DNA from: Lingula anatina | Taxonomy: Eukaryota; Animalia; Brachiopoda | NCBI GenBank assembly: GCA_051362555.1 | Contig: CM120640.1 | Coordinates: forward strand, 42,262,788-42,326,787 | Direction: 5' to 3' | DNA length: 64,000 bases | Shown: positions 25,301-37,700 of the stretch, piece after piece | Layout of the letters: each line of letters begins with the position of its first letter | Position numbering within the stretch: the first letter of the stretch is position 1 | Made by a program: the position numbers and the translations under genes | Notes under the pieces: generated by a model | Database searches by the model: none | The model's input: the letters and a program-made list of their open reading frames with translations, nothing else | What the model was told of the DNA's origin: nothing

Positions 25301-28300
25301 TAATATTTAATTATAAAACTATTCTTATCTTAGACTTTATCAATTACACTGTTTTTATGAGACTGCATTTAGTAACATGATAAATCATCAATAAAAACTC
25401 CATGTGTGCCCTGGTGTCAAATGCTGAGAAGTGGACGCGGGAGTAGAAAAAGCAGAAGTGGGTGTTGGGATAGAGGGAATGGTTAAAGCCGAAGTGTTCA
25501 ATGGAGAAGGAAAAGATGTGTTTACTTGAGGGTGTTGAGGAGTAAACAAAAAATGTAGGCCTGTAACTGAGTTTCGCCTTTTGGTTGCGTGCTTTTAGAA
25601 TTAAGTCCATGCTCTGTTGTTGAAATATCGCCCACTGTTGCTCAGATAGATTGTCAACTTCCGTAGCTAAATAGGGACTCATACATTTATTTATTTTATT
25701 GAAAAAAAAATACTTATGAAAACCTTGTAAATAAATTAAAAAAGATGACAACAAATACAATCTACGTTTTAATTGAGAAATAACGATTTTTGTCAAGATA
25801 TTTCAGGCCCGTAGCCAGGGGGGGTTCGGGGGGTTCGAAAGAATCACCCTTTTTGCTGGGAAAAGGTCCACTCTGGGTAAAATTTGACCTATGTAATTGA
25901 GAATTTTATGGTAAAAGGTCCACTTTTTCAGAAAACGAACCCCCCCCCCCCCTCTGAAATTGCTGGCTACAGGCCTGTATTTAGAAGGCCTTAATGGCAT
26001 TATATAAATGAAAAAGATATTTAAATATTTATTGGCCACCATCCTACGCTTATTTTATCACGGTTGCTTGCAACCTTCTCGCGACATGTTTTCGAGTGCA
26101 TGCGAGCTGTAAGAAACCTGTTAGAGACCAAGCGACTAAAGACCGTTAATCGACCATGAAGTTTCAACTGCAACCTGCTGGCGACCTGCTGCCCACCGGT
26201 TAGCAACCTGTTTGCAACTAAGCGACTAAAGACCGTCAATCGACCGTGCAGTTACAGGTGGTATGCGACTGGTTTTAGTCTGGTTACAGCGACCTACTGG
26301 CAACCAAGAGGATACCTATAGGCAACCTCTCAGTTACCAATCGTTTTCACTATCAGTCGCACTGGTTGTCGGTGCAAAAAAATGGCCTTCGTGTGTCAAC
26401 GATCGCAGGCGACCTGTTTGCAACCTAATGCGACCACTTTAAAACCTATGGCAACCTTCTTGCGACTGAGGTTGCAAAGAGGTTGCCAAAAGGTTGCAAG
26501 CGCAGTGTGACCCAGCCTTTAGATCGGAAAAACCAACCAAGCAAGGAAAACAACAACTTTATTTCTAGGACTAATATAGATTGAATTAATGATTCATTTA
26601 CCTTTTTATACAGAGTTAGCAATAAAACTTTTTTCCTGTAGACCATTCCTTATTCAAACACTTAGCACTGGCGCGTCAGCTAAATGAAATTTGAAGTATG
26701 TTTTCATGAAATATCTATGGACAATCCAGTTAAATGGTTTTCAATGAAATTGTAAATATGCATTCTTAGAAAAAGTGAATATTTAACAAATTTGCATATG
26801 TTGACATACAAAGCTGCTTACTGTAACAATTGGATTGTAGGCGTTACGAATGCTCTATAAAGAGGATAAAGAGTAGCATTTCATAACTAAAGAAAAGTGG
26901 CGATAAATAAAATTAGTTTCTAGTTGGTGTTGCTTTATTCTTTCAGTGTGGTACCTGCACAGAGACTACGACAGGTGAGCATTTGATTATGTTAACTAGT
27001 AACAAGGTATATATTGCACCTAAATGTAATGTTAAGGTGATATATTCCTTTTAACTTGGACTGCTTACTTGCACTGCCAGGTTCAGACCACGTTCAGACC
27101 AAAAATCACAACTCGCATTCCTTGTTTTCAGCATCTACCACCACTGAGACAACTACCACCGATTCTACCACCACTGAGTCAACTACCACCGACACTACCA
27201 CTGAGTCAACAACCACCGATTCTACCACTACCGAGACAACTACCACCGATTCTACCACTACCGAGACAACTACCACCGATTCTACCACTACCGAGTCAAC
27301 TACCACCGAATCAACAACCAACGCGCCTACTACCGGTGAGTCTTATATCTTTTTAAGTAATTAAAGCACTTTAATACTACATGTTCATGTACAAAGCGGG
27401 AGGTAATTCTTTCAATCAACCATTAAAAAACGCATTATAGTGGGAATCCCCTTGCCTTCTTGTCTTAAAATTACAAATAAGGCGCTTTAATGCGTGTTAT
27501 TTATATATCAGTTTAAAGACTAAGGAATAAAGAATGATCCATCTTTTTTTTTCAGTGGCGCCCGATATCTGTTTGTCGGATGCTACCCTGATTAAAGTCA
27601 GTTCAGGCACGGTGGCAGAGTACTATGTCAGAGTGAATCCCTGCACAGCTTTGTGTAGCAATAAATATTCTACTGGCTTTTGGTCCACTGCACAGACCTA
27701 CAGAGGTTGCTGTGGTAACAACATATGCTATTGTACTTTAACGTCCGTATCTTATTCTGTAAGTAATTTACCTTTATCATTTACATTTAAAAACTAGTAT
27801 AATAGAAAATGGACAAGTATATTTAAAAGATGTATATAATGATGATTACTATTTTATAGAACCTGTTTAGAAAAATCAGAGAATAAGATAGTTGATATTG
27901 ATCACACCACCCATTTTTACAACTCTATAAGCGTCAAAGCTTTGAAGTGAGAAAAGTGCAAACGCCCCATTCTTCCGCTGTTTCCTCTATGTTTAGGTGA
28001 ATTCAAACTAAATGATTTAAGGAAGCCAAACTTTTAGTGTAGAGAATATTGTATCACATTGATCTTTTATAGCCTTGTCAAGTACTATTCAATAAAGCCA
28101 TATTTTCTCCTTTTCTTGTTGTAGTTTCAGTTTTTAGTCAGAATTATTAGTTCCCACCCACTCAACCTCTCTTCCTCTTCCTCATCTACCTTTTTCACTC
28201 CGACATGAGATATACGGGAAATAGGCCACCTATCTAGATTCTGAATCATTCTGAATTTACTATGAAAAATTTCGTATTTCTATGAAAGTTTTAATTATTT

Positions 28301-28330
28301 TTTCAGAGTAGTTGCACGTTGATAAATTGA
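22344..28330 (+). CDS. Gene B: paralog of gene A with a short mucin rod, 7 coding exons, 236 aa
   Basis: Exons: 22344-22407 (MCLSGKVFVHLLFTLYISVSL), 22732-22761 (VPPGTVQGQT), 23043-23200 (ACSEVYIGNTRTVDTTTASDCDADCGDILNQLKGCCGTGACASRCICYTGSNP), 26947-26974 (CGTCTETTT), 27132-27335 (68 codons S/T/E/D), 27556-27758 (VAPDICLSD..NPCTALC..GCCGNNICYCTLTSVSYS), 28307-28330 (SSCTLIN*). Introns are GT-AG with the same phases as gene A; total 711 nt, open. Confidence 0.88.
24537..24756. mobile_element. Small Harbinger-like MITE nested in the 3.2-kb element
   Basis: 34-bp perfect inverted repeat CCCCTTTACACTGGACGGCGTCCTTTCTGCGTCC (24537-24570 / 24720-24753); the right end reads GGGCCC|TTA. Confidence 0.75.
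25804..25977. mobile_element. 174-bp MITE with CAGGCC termini and a 5-bp target duplication, nested in the Harbinger element
   Basis: TATTT|CAGGCCCGTAGCCAG ... CTGGCTACAGGCCTG|TATTT. Confidence 0.85.
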
Positions 28331-29855
28331 TGAAATGCGGAGAAGAAGATTTAAATGGAGTCCCAGAAAGACATTTGCAGTGTTTTTGCTGAATAATCGA
28401 AAACAAATACTTTTGATTATCAAGTCAAGCCAAATGGTTATATAAGTTCTTTAAATTAGTATATAAGCCTCACTCATTTGATTGGACTTACTGTTTTCAA
28501 TGTATCTAGAACCCTCTATATGCCTTCCTTTTTTGCGAGGATCTTCCCAAACTGAATATAGTGTTCAGTTGTTAGTTAAATACATTTTATGAATAATTAA
28601 AGTGGCATGTAAGAATGTAAGAATGGTCATTTCTAGAATCGGTTTTAATAGATTAGATTGCAGTTGTAAATCGAAAATAATACATTCTTGTGGGAATATT
28701 GATTAGTGGTGTGTAATGTAAAGGGGATTAGCGTATTTAGGCTTAGTGTTAGTCTCCGCGTTTACGTCTGTAGCTTTTCTGTATCGCCGCTTTTGTTTAT
28801 GAAAAGCAGAGGCTCTTGGTTTGCCTGATATTTTTGAGATTTTGTATTTTACTTTTCACACATAGATTACAAGTAAAAGGCTAATATAAACTCAGATTGG
28901 GGTTTTTGTAATCAGTCATATAAAACACACTGTTTTTTTTCTGAATAAATCTCCACCCGGTTAGTTTTATAGGTAACCAGTTTTCGTACCAGTTTTTGAA
29001 ATCTTTTTCCAGTGTTTTTTAGTGACAGACTAATTTATTTAGGAGGTTTTCACAATATTTCTATTTATATTGCTGTTGCATATTTCATTTATCATAATCT
29101 TTTCACCGAATATAGAGACGTATAATTTGTCCGTGAATTAAATACACTTCAATAAGTGGGAAACATGTAGTCGAGGGCACAGGAAACTCAAATAAATTTG
29201 TATCAGCTTTTGCTTTTGAACTTTGAAGACAATTGTTTTTCATTTTGAAAGATGTTTTGATCAAATCAGGGCTTGGTTTTAATCGTCGTGATTCTTTACA
29301 AATGGCCTAATTTTCACAATTGCCGAGGAGCAGACACTTGTTCATTCAATCTCTTTGAAATATTCAAAGCTGTTCAATAGATCTTTTGCATGGACTGTCA
29401 AACATTTCTTCACGTATGAAATTATAATTGAGTAATCAATGAAAACCATGTGGAGTTGCCCACCTTCCAGCGTTTTGTCTATTAGCATCTGAAGGCATGC
29501 CAGCATGTCGCACGTGCCAAGATTCGTTTGATGGCCAGTTTTATTCATCTGGTGGTTCCAGTTCCACCTTGGCTTTGATGCGATTAAGTATTATGATGGG
29601 AAGGATCTTGCTTATGTGACAGATTGAAGCAATGGTGAGATAGAACATTCTATCAGGATTCCAGCTTTGAATAACATTACTTACTATTGCCGTAGGCACC
29701 ACACTTATGTTAACACAACACTATATGACCAAACATGGTCAGGGTACTGCTTATGATATCCTCCATTAGTCAACATTACATATATCTTTATACTTAAATT
29801 ATATATATGAAATTGATATAAAATTTGCACAAACAGTTTTCTTTGTGTTCGTTAA

Positions 29856-29904
<49 letters not shown>

Positions 29905-32900
29905 TTTTTAAAACATACCTATGATGGTTTAGATATAAACATTTTCTACAGAACCTTATAATACTCATTTTAAATCGTTTCAAAGCGTTAAGCGCTATTT
30001 GGAAGAAGACCTTTTTGTAATTTGTTGTACACATCTCAATGTTATAGATGATTTCAATATTTGGCATCTTACAACATCTTTAATATCCTACTCAATAACC
30101 CATATTTGTCATCAGCAGGTCAAGAGTAAACTCATTTCGCTATGTTCCTGCTCCCATTCCTCGTAACTAAGTTTGTATATCTGTAGATCTCCAGATTAGA
30201 CGTACATGTAATATATAATCCAGAAATCTTAACTGTCTGAAAAGAAGTCAAAAGAAGACGCTGTGACTGTGGTACTTAAATGGTTGCTACACTCCCAAAG
30301 CACAATTTTTGCACAGCTAACACATTTCACCAGTATTGCCACTCATGAGGTATAGTATTCGCATCTCAGCATTAGGGAATCGCCGATGCAGTGACATCCT
30401 CACGTTGCTCACTGTTTTAAAAGTGTGTTTTAGCAAAACGTTATAAGTAAGGTTGTGATAAAAGTCACAAGTTTATAGGAAAAATAAGTAAACCATATCA
30501 TATGAAATAAGTTGTATTTCACATAAGAATATTAATTAGAATAAAAGTAAAGTGTACTGTATGTTATAAAAAAAAACAATTAAGTCAGTCATTCTAGGTT
30601 GATATGCAATATGACTGTCAATTCACGGTGGTTTTCATATGATTGAAATGTAAATAAACGCTTTAAATTTAATTTGTTCAATAGTAATAGTAATAGTAAT
30701 AGATACTGGATTACTTCAGACATAAATATACATAATTTCAGTTTTGGACATGGAACCAGCGTTACTGATCCCGAATAAGCATTTTTCCTGATGATGCTTG
30801 TCGAGAACATTCCTGGTCATATGATATGGTCAAATAAGAATTTCGTATTTTACATGGCCTAGAGAAGTCCTTGAAACCGAATTAAACATTTCTCCACAAG
30901 CATCTAATACAACAAATTTGCGGAATACGACTTCTGTAAAAATTGTGCACGTGTCTACGAAATATTCAGAATTTTCATGTTTAAGACATTTGAGTCTGGA
31001 TACATTAGTTCTATTAATACGTGTACTTGTCAAGGGATTCCCCAAAACTACGTGCTTACAGAAATTCTTAAAGTATCGCATTCTGTATCTACGGGTAAAT
31101 ACGGTAGCTACCTTTATTTTCCATAGAGCAGTCAAATACATTTTGTATAATACATTTATATATTATCAGTTAACAGACCGATGCCTTTCCGTTTCTGTCT
31201 GATTCACTGTTTAAGACAACTACTTAGTAAACATATAATTTAGGCCGTCTTCTGGGTCTTCCGGAAGACGGCCAGATTTTCAAGTTTACATTGACGGGTA
31301 TCTGTCGGAAGACGGTCAAAAATAGAGGATGGATCAACAGAGATAATTGGGAAGACTCTCAGAAAATATCTCTAGATCCGCCCCTGTATTATATTTTGTT
31401 GCATTGTTTATTAAGGTTGAAAAAGGTCATAACCTAAAGAGAAGCACTACCCTTCAAATTATAGGGTGTAGATGTTAACTGTCACAATTTTGGTGAGGAG
31501 TTCTTTCTACAGGGTAAATGCAAGGAATAAGATAAATGAATATTAAATGCTAGTCACTCAAAAGTTAAAATTAAATGGTGACTAGTACGAAACTCAGGGT
31601 GTGATGCAATTCAACTTGGCGTAGTTCTCTAATTTGGGCGGTGACCCCCCAATTTTTTTCTTTTTTCAAATTATTCATGCACGATTTTTGAATTCGACCT
31701 GCACTTTAGTAAGATTGATCACTCCGGTGATTTTCAAGAGACAATAGGCTTATCGGTTTTCTTTGAAATGTGTTATCAGAATTGCATATAAAATAGTTTC
31801 CTCGTTTTCTTTTAGTTAAAGGGATAATAACTCTTCATATGAGGTCTATATTTCACAATAAAAACATTGTGCATAACTCATAGAAATATAATATATTCTG
31901 TTTACGACAAAAACAGCAGTTACAGCTATTATTCTATGACTTCTCTCTCCTACTCTCTCCTCTCTCCATCACCTCTAAATATTGCTCTCTCTCTCTCAAC
32001 ATCTTACTCTCCCCTTAGATTTAAGTTTACAGGTTTTTATGCTAAACTTTATCAGTTGAACTGTCCATCACATAACTTAAAAACTGATTGGTTACTTCAT
32101 ACACAAGGCCACCTCTTCCTGGTGGTCACCGTTAATAACTCCCTGTAATCAAGTTCTAACAGATTACTGGCTTCGAAACAAAGGAAATTTGAACTGCAAG
32201 GTGTGAAGTATTACCTGAAGATACTTTACAACATGGCTACCCATGTATGAATTTTATGAAACAATGGCTTCCTTTGATTGAGTTAATACAACAACATGTA
32301 GCCTATGAAAGTACTAATTACACTTTTTTCTATACTGTGGTTCCTGACTCATTCCTCCTTTTCATCCAGGAAAATTCATTTTTTGGCCAAAACGAAGAGT
32401 TAATATTCCTTTTAATTTTATTTTGTTGCCAGAACATGAGTCGAATTCATTCATTTAAGGCGTACAGGTAGCACAACAAAGCAGTAGTTAATGGTCATAT
32501 TTTTCAGCGGTAGACAAATATAACTAGAATACTACTGAAATTCAACAGGTGCATACTCCCAGATTATGAAAGGCCCTCAAGTGTTATTTACGTTCTTTGA
32601 AATGAAACGCGTTTTCTTGGGGTGTATGTTTCATGCATGGGAAAATTCGAATTTGAACTAGAAAGGCACCCAAAGAGCGCGAATCTTCGCTAAGGCAGGC
32701 CAATTTTTATCACCAATTAGTTAATTTATTTATTCTGTATCAACCCCAAAAGCTAATCGACTACGCTAACCCATTCTGACATATTTTGAATTTTTTTCAA
32801 AATCCATCTATAGATGGGTTGTTTACTAACACAAAGGCAAACAAGTTTCCTTGAATAATAATCGAATGATCAATCGAAATAAAGTTGCAATCCATGCAAT

Positions 32901-33794
32901 ATGTTTATTTACAGATCTATAAACATAGGTATGGTGATCATTTAAATATCTATATTAATTGTCAGCAATCTCCGCTTGTATAATTTCAAAAGTGAAGTAA
33001 TGTTTGACATTCCATTTGAAGATATATTAAATACTTTTAAATACTTCAGATAGAAGGAATGAACACGTGTCTCTTCCTCTGTAAGAGTAAGAATTTAGCC
33101 GAATGTGCAGAATAATAACAAGAACTAACTTGATAAAAACATCTTTTGAAATAAAAACAATTGTCTTTGAAGTTCAAAATTAAGAGCTGCTACAATTTTA
33201 TTTGAGTTATCAGAAAACTCAACACGTTTTACATGAATTTTTTCTTTGCCCATGCGTACATAAGATATATTTCCCACTTACCGGGGGTATTGAAGTGCAG
33301 TGCTTGATTAACGGCTCTACAATTTGTGAACAGATTATTATTTACGGAATATGCAACTAAAATGGCCAGATAAAAAGATGTATTGATAAGAACTTCTTAA
33401 TAATTGATTTATCGAAAAAAAACTGGGAAAACTGCACGTGTCATGGTCGATTCAACATTTTTTGTGTTTTAATTGACTACAAAAACTGAGTTTATAAGAT
33501 CCTTTTTCTAGTGAACTATAAGTGTAATATCAAAATAAAAAATTGAAAAACATCAGGCAAATCAAAATCCTCAGCGGCACTACGTTTCACAAACAAAGAC
33601 GATAAACACAGAAAAGGATACAAAGATGCATCACAGCACAAAAAGTCAATTTTCAGCTCTTTTACTCTTCAGGAAATGGGTCTGAATATTCTCTTTACAA
33701 GCCTTTTCAACTGTGTGAAGCTCTATCGGAAAGGTCAGGGTCTACGGGTTTACTACCTTTTTATGCCATATCTGAAAATTGTAGTTGCACTATT

Positions 33795-34045
33795 ACTACG
33801 TCTTTCCGATCAAGTATAGACGTCTAAAGACAAACTCTTTACAACCCTTTTCCGATCAAGCATAGGCGATTTTTGACAGGTCTTTATTACCCTTTTCGGA
33901 TAAAGTAAATGCGATTTTAGTCACGCCATTATAACCCTTTTCCGATCAAACAAAGGCGTTTGCAATAACGTTTTTAATACTTTTTTCGATCAAATAAAGG
34001 CGAACTTAGGTACGTCTTTATTACCCTTTTTTAATCAAATGAGGA
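33795..34045. repeat. Degenerate ~45-bp tandem array (6 units) inside an insertion at ~33619-34366
   Basis: The core ccttttccgatcaa recurs every ~45 bp. The host insertion is absent at the homologous site downstream of gene A (~7660). Confidence 0.7.
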
Positions 34046-34797
34046 CGATTATAGTTATTTCAATTACTTATAACATTGATAATGTTTCAAATTCATGTAG
34101 CATTTCACTTAATGAGAGTGAGGCCTGTGAATTTTTAATTATAATAGTTTATTGCAAAAAACAACAACAACCATTACAATGCAGTGGGAATTATGTTTAT
34201 AAAGCACAATACAGCTACTATATTTCACAAGTGGAAAGTAGTCTTACAATAATGCATTATTTTGTACATTCATTGTACGCACACCCTAAACAATAGTGAG
34301 TACAATTAAAATGTTTACCTAGTAAATAAATACGCGCCACATTTAAATACAACTTTCCAGAACAAATCTAGGATATTAACCCAAATTAACAGATCACTTA
34401 TTAGTATTCTTTCAATTATAGCTTAATGTTCGATATAGAACCAAAATCCATAAATGTTTGATCCGTTGTTGAAACAGCCCTTCTTATATATTAGCACACC
34501 TATACGCCATTATAATTATTTACAAATTATATTTATCTATTTATATATGAAGTGCACGCGATGTTCAATTTGCGCAGATCCTTGCAAAAAAGAAAACATA
34601 AGTTTGAAAAACATTGAAAACTGGAAGTTCAATCAAAGGAGTGAGGCCTATATACTAAATTAAATGAAAATCTATTACTCTATTCAGTTTGTCCGTTTGG
34701 CTTGTTGATCAAAACTATACGTTCCGAATCTATCAGCAAAGCAGCAATCTGCAAATGTCTTTCTTCAGCTTCATTCAATTCTTCTTTTACAACCTCA

Positions 34798-37700
34798 TCA
34801 GTTTATCAGGGTGCAACTACTCTGAAAAAATAAATACGAATATTCAGAAGTATTCAGAGTCTAGTTAGATGCCCCATATTCCGAACATCTCATCTCATAT
34901 GGGTGTAAAACGGTAGGTGAAGAGTGGAGAAGGAGTGAGGAACGCTAGGTGGTTGGTGAAAGGACACTTAAAGGTGCTGATTAGAAACTGATTAAACCAG
35001 CCATTATGCTTTTGAGCGATTTACCGGTATGATAATCTGTTATTTTAAAGGGAAAATGTTAATTCCTCAATCACAGACAGTTATCTACCAGTAAAAAACA
35101 ACAGCTGTTACAAATAAAAATGACACTAACACGCACATAAACAAACACACTAAAATGAAAATAAGAAAGAAATAAAACGTGGTAAATTAAATTGTAGTTA
35201 ACAAAAAATAAAATATAAATGCAATATATTATTTTTCTACAAAATAAATGTTTTCTGTCCTTGGATTATTTACAAAAATATGACTGCATCTATATATTAA
35301 AAAAAACAGCGGGAAATGGAACATTTGTGCATTTTTTTTTCAATTAAAACTCAACCATTGGCACTGATAGAAATGTAAACAGGAATGGTGTGATCAATAT
35401 CAATTTTTATGTTCAGATTCATCTTAATAGATTCTATAAAATAGCATCGGTGTTCTTTTAAATATACTTATCCCTTTACTACCACATTTCTTTTTAAATG
35501 TTATTGATAGAGGTAAATAACATACCGAGTAAAGAACGGAGGTTAAAGTGCAATAGCATATGTTGTTACCACAGCAACCTCTGTATCTCTGTGCAGTGAA
35601 CCAAAAGCCAGTAGAATATTTATTGCTACACAAAGCTGTGCAGGGATTCACTCTGACATAGTACTCTGCCACCGTGCCTGAACTGACTTTAATCAGGGTA
35701 GCATCCGACAAACAGATATCGGGCGCCACTGAAAAAAAAAGATGGATCATTCTTTATTCCTTAGTCTTTAAACTGATATATAAATAACACGCACTAAAGC
35801 GCCTTATTTGTAATTTTAAGACAAGAAGGCAAGGGGATTCCCACTATAATGCGTTTTTAATGGTTGATTGAAAGAATTACCTCCCGCTTTGTACATGAAC
35901 ATGTAGTATTAAAGTGCTTTAATTACTTAAAAAGATATAAGACTCACCGGTAGTAGGCGCGTTGGTTGTTGATTCGGTGGTAGTTGACTCGGTGGTGGTA
36001 GAATCGGTGGTAGTTGACTCGGTGGTGGTAGAATCGGTGGTAGTTGACTCGGTGGTGGTAGAATCGGTGGTCGTTGACTCAGTGGTAGTGTCGGTGGTAG
36101 TTGACTCAGTGGTGGTAGAATCGGTGGTAGTTGTCTCTGTGGTGGTAGATGCTGAAAACAAGGAATGCGAGTTGTGATTTTTGGCCTGAACGTGGTCTGA
36201 ACCTGGCAGTGCAAGTAAGCAATCCAAGTTAAAGGGATATATCACCTTAACATTACATTTGGGTGTAATATATACCTTGTTACTAGTTAACATAATAAAA
36301 CGCTCACCTGTCGTAGTCTCTGTGCAGGTATCACACTGAAAGAATAAAGCAACGCCAACTAGAAACTAATTTTAATTATCGCCACTTTAGTTATGAAATG
36401 TCGCTCTTTATCCTCTTTATAGAGCATTCGTAATGCCACCAATTTAATTGTTAAATGTTTCAGTAAGCAGCCTTTATGTCAAGATATTCAAATTTGTTAA
36501 ATATTCACCTTTTCTTAGAATGCATATTTACAATTTCATTGAAAACCATTTAACTGGATTGTCCATAGATATATCATGAAAACATACGTAAAATTCATTT
36601 AGCTGCCGCGCCAGTGCAAAGTGTTTGAATAAGGAATGGTCTACAGGAAAAAAGTTTTATTGCTAACATTGTATAAAAAGGTAAATTAATCATTAATTCA
36701 ATCTTTATTAGTCCTAGAAATAAAGTTGTTGTTTTCCTTGCTTGGTAGGTTTTTCCGATCTAAGATAGCGAAGATAACTAAGGGCCTTTTCCACAAACAT
36801 TTTACTCATTTACGGAGTACCCGTATACATCATGCGCTACCCTATTTTTGCATTTATGTTTCTTTTGCTTTTAAAACAACAAAAACGTTCAACTTACAGG
36901 GTTACTGCCAGTGTAGCAGATGCACCTGCTGGCACACGCACCAGTCCCACAGCACCCGTCAAGACCGTTGAGAATATCGCCACAATCTGCGTCGCAATCA
37001 CTGGCTGTAGTGGTGTCGACGGTGCGGGTGTTACCAACATACACCTCTGAGCAAGCTGGTCAAATAGAATTAATAAAATAGCATTAATTGTTATCCCCCA
37101 AAAAATCAAAATGTATTTTTCTCAAGAGATGTCTCATATTGTATTCCAAACATTCGGTAAGATGACTTTCCAGGAATATATATCAGTACAAGAGTGCATA
37201 GTGTTACTTTTTGTTTCAAATACTTAACTAAAATGAACAAACTATGTTATAAAATTCACTTCTCTGAAATATATGGGGATTGTGGTGTTTTGATATATTT
37301 CTGATATGGTGAGAGAGTAAAAGGTTGTGTTATTACCTGTCTGTCCTTGTACAGTGGTTGGTGGAACTAAAGGAAAAAAGTGAATTAACATTAATATTTT
37401 ATGGATGTTTTTGTACAAATTGGGTCATTAGATGATATACAATAAAGTAGTAAATACATGTATATCAGTGGAAATCCCACATGATCAAAATTGAATAAAA
37501 ATATGTAGGCTGCAAAAGAATAAATAATCGATTTAACGACACCATCAGTCGGGGAACAGATAGATGGCGGCACTGAAACAAAATGAAGACGGCTCACTGC
37601 ATTCCTTAGTCTTTTATCTTATATACTGTATAAGTGGCATGCATTAAAAGCTCCATATTTGTAATTTCAAGATAAAAAGAACACGGATTTCTAACTAAAA

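Larger units (their letters stand above)
23329..26518. mobile_element. Recent non-autonomous PIF/Harbinger transposon (3190 bp) in gene B intron 3
   Basis: Perfect 49-bp TIRs (AGGCTGGGTCACACTGCGCTTGCAACC...; 23329-23377 and 26470-26518) and TTA target duplication (23326-28, 26519-21). It has many GCAACC/GGTTGC subterminal motifs. The empty site gctatcTTAgatcgg is present in paralog D (~36756-36770). Confidence 0.93.

Noticed and set aside
33795-34045. Repeat-spacer-like 45-bp periodic array resembling CRISPR
   Set aside because: The intervening parts are similar to each other, the repeats are degenerate, the context is eukaryotic and there are no cas genes. It is a minisatellite inside an insertion.
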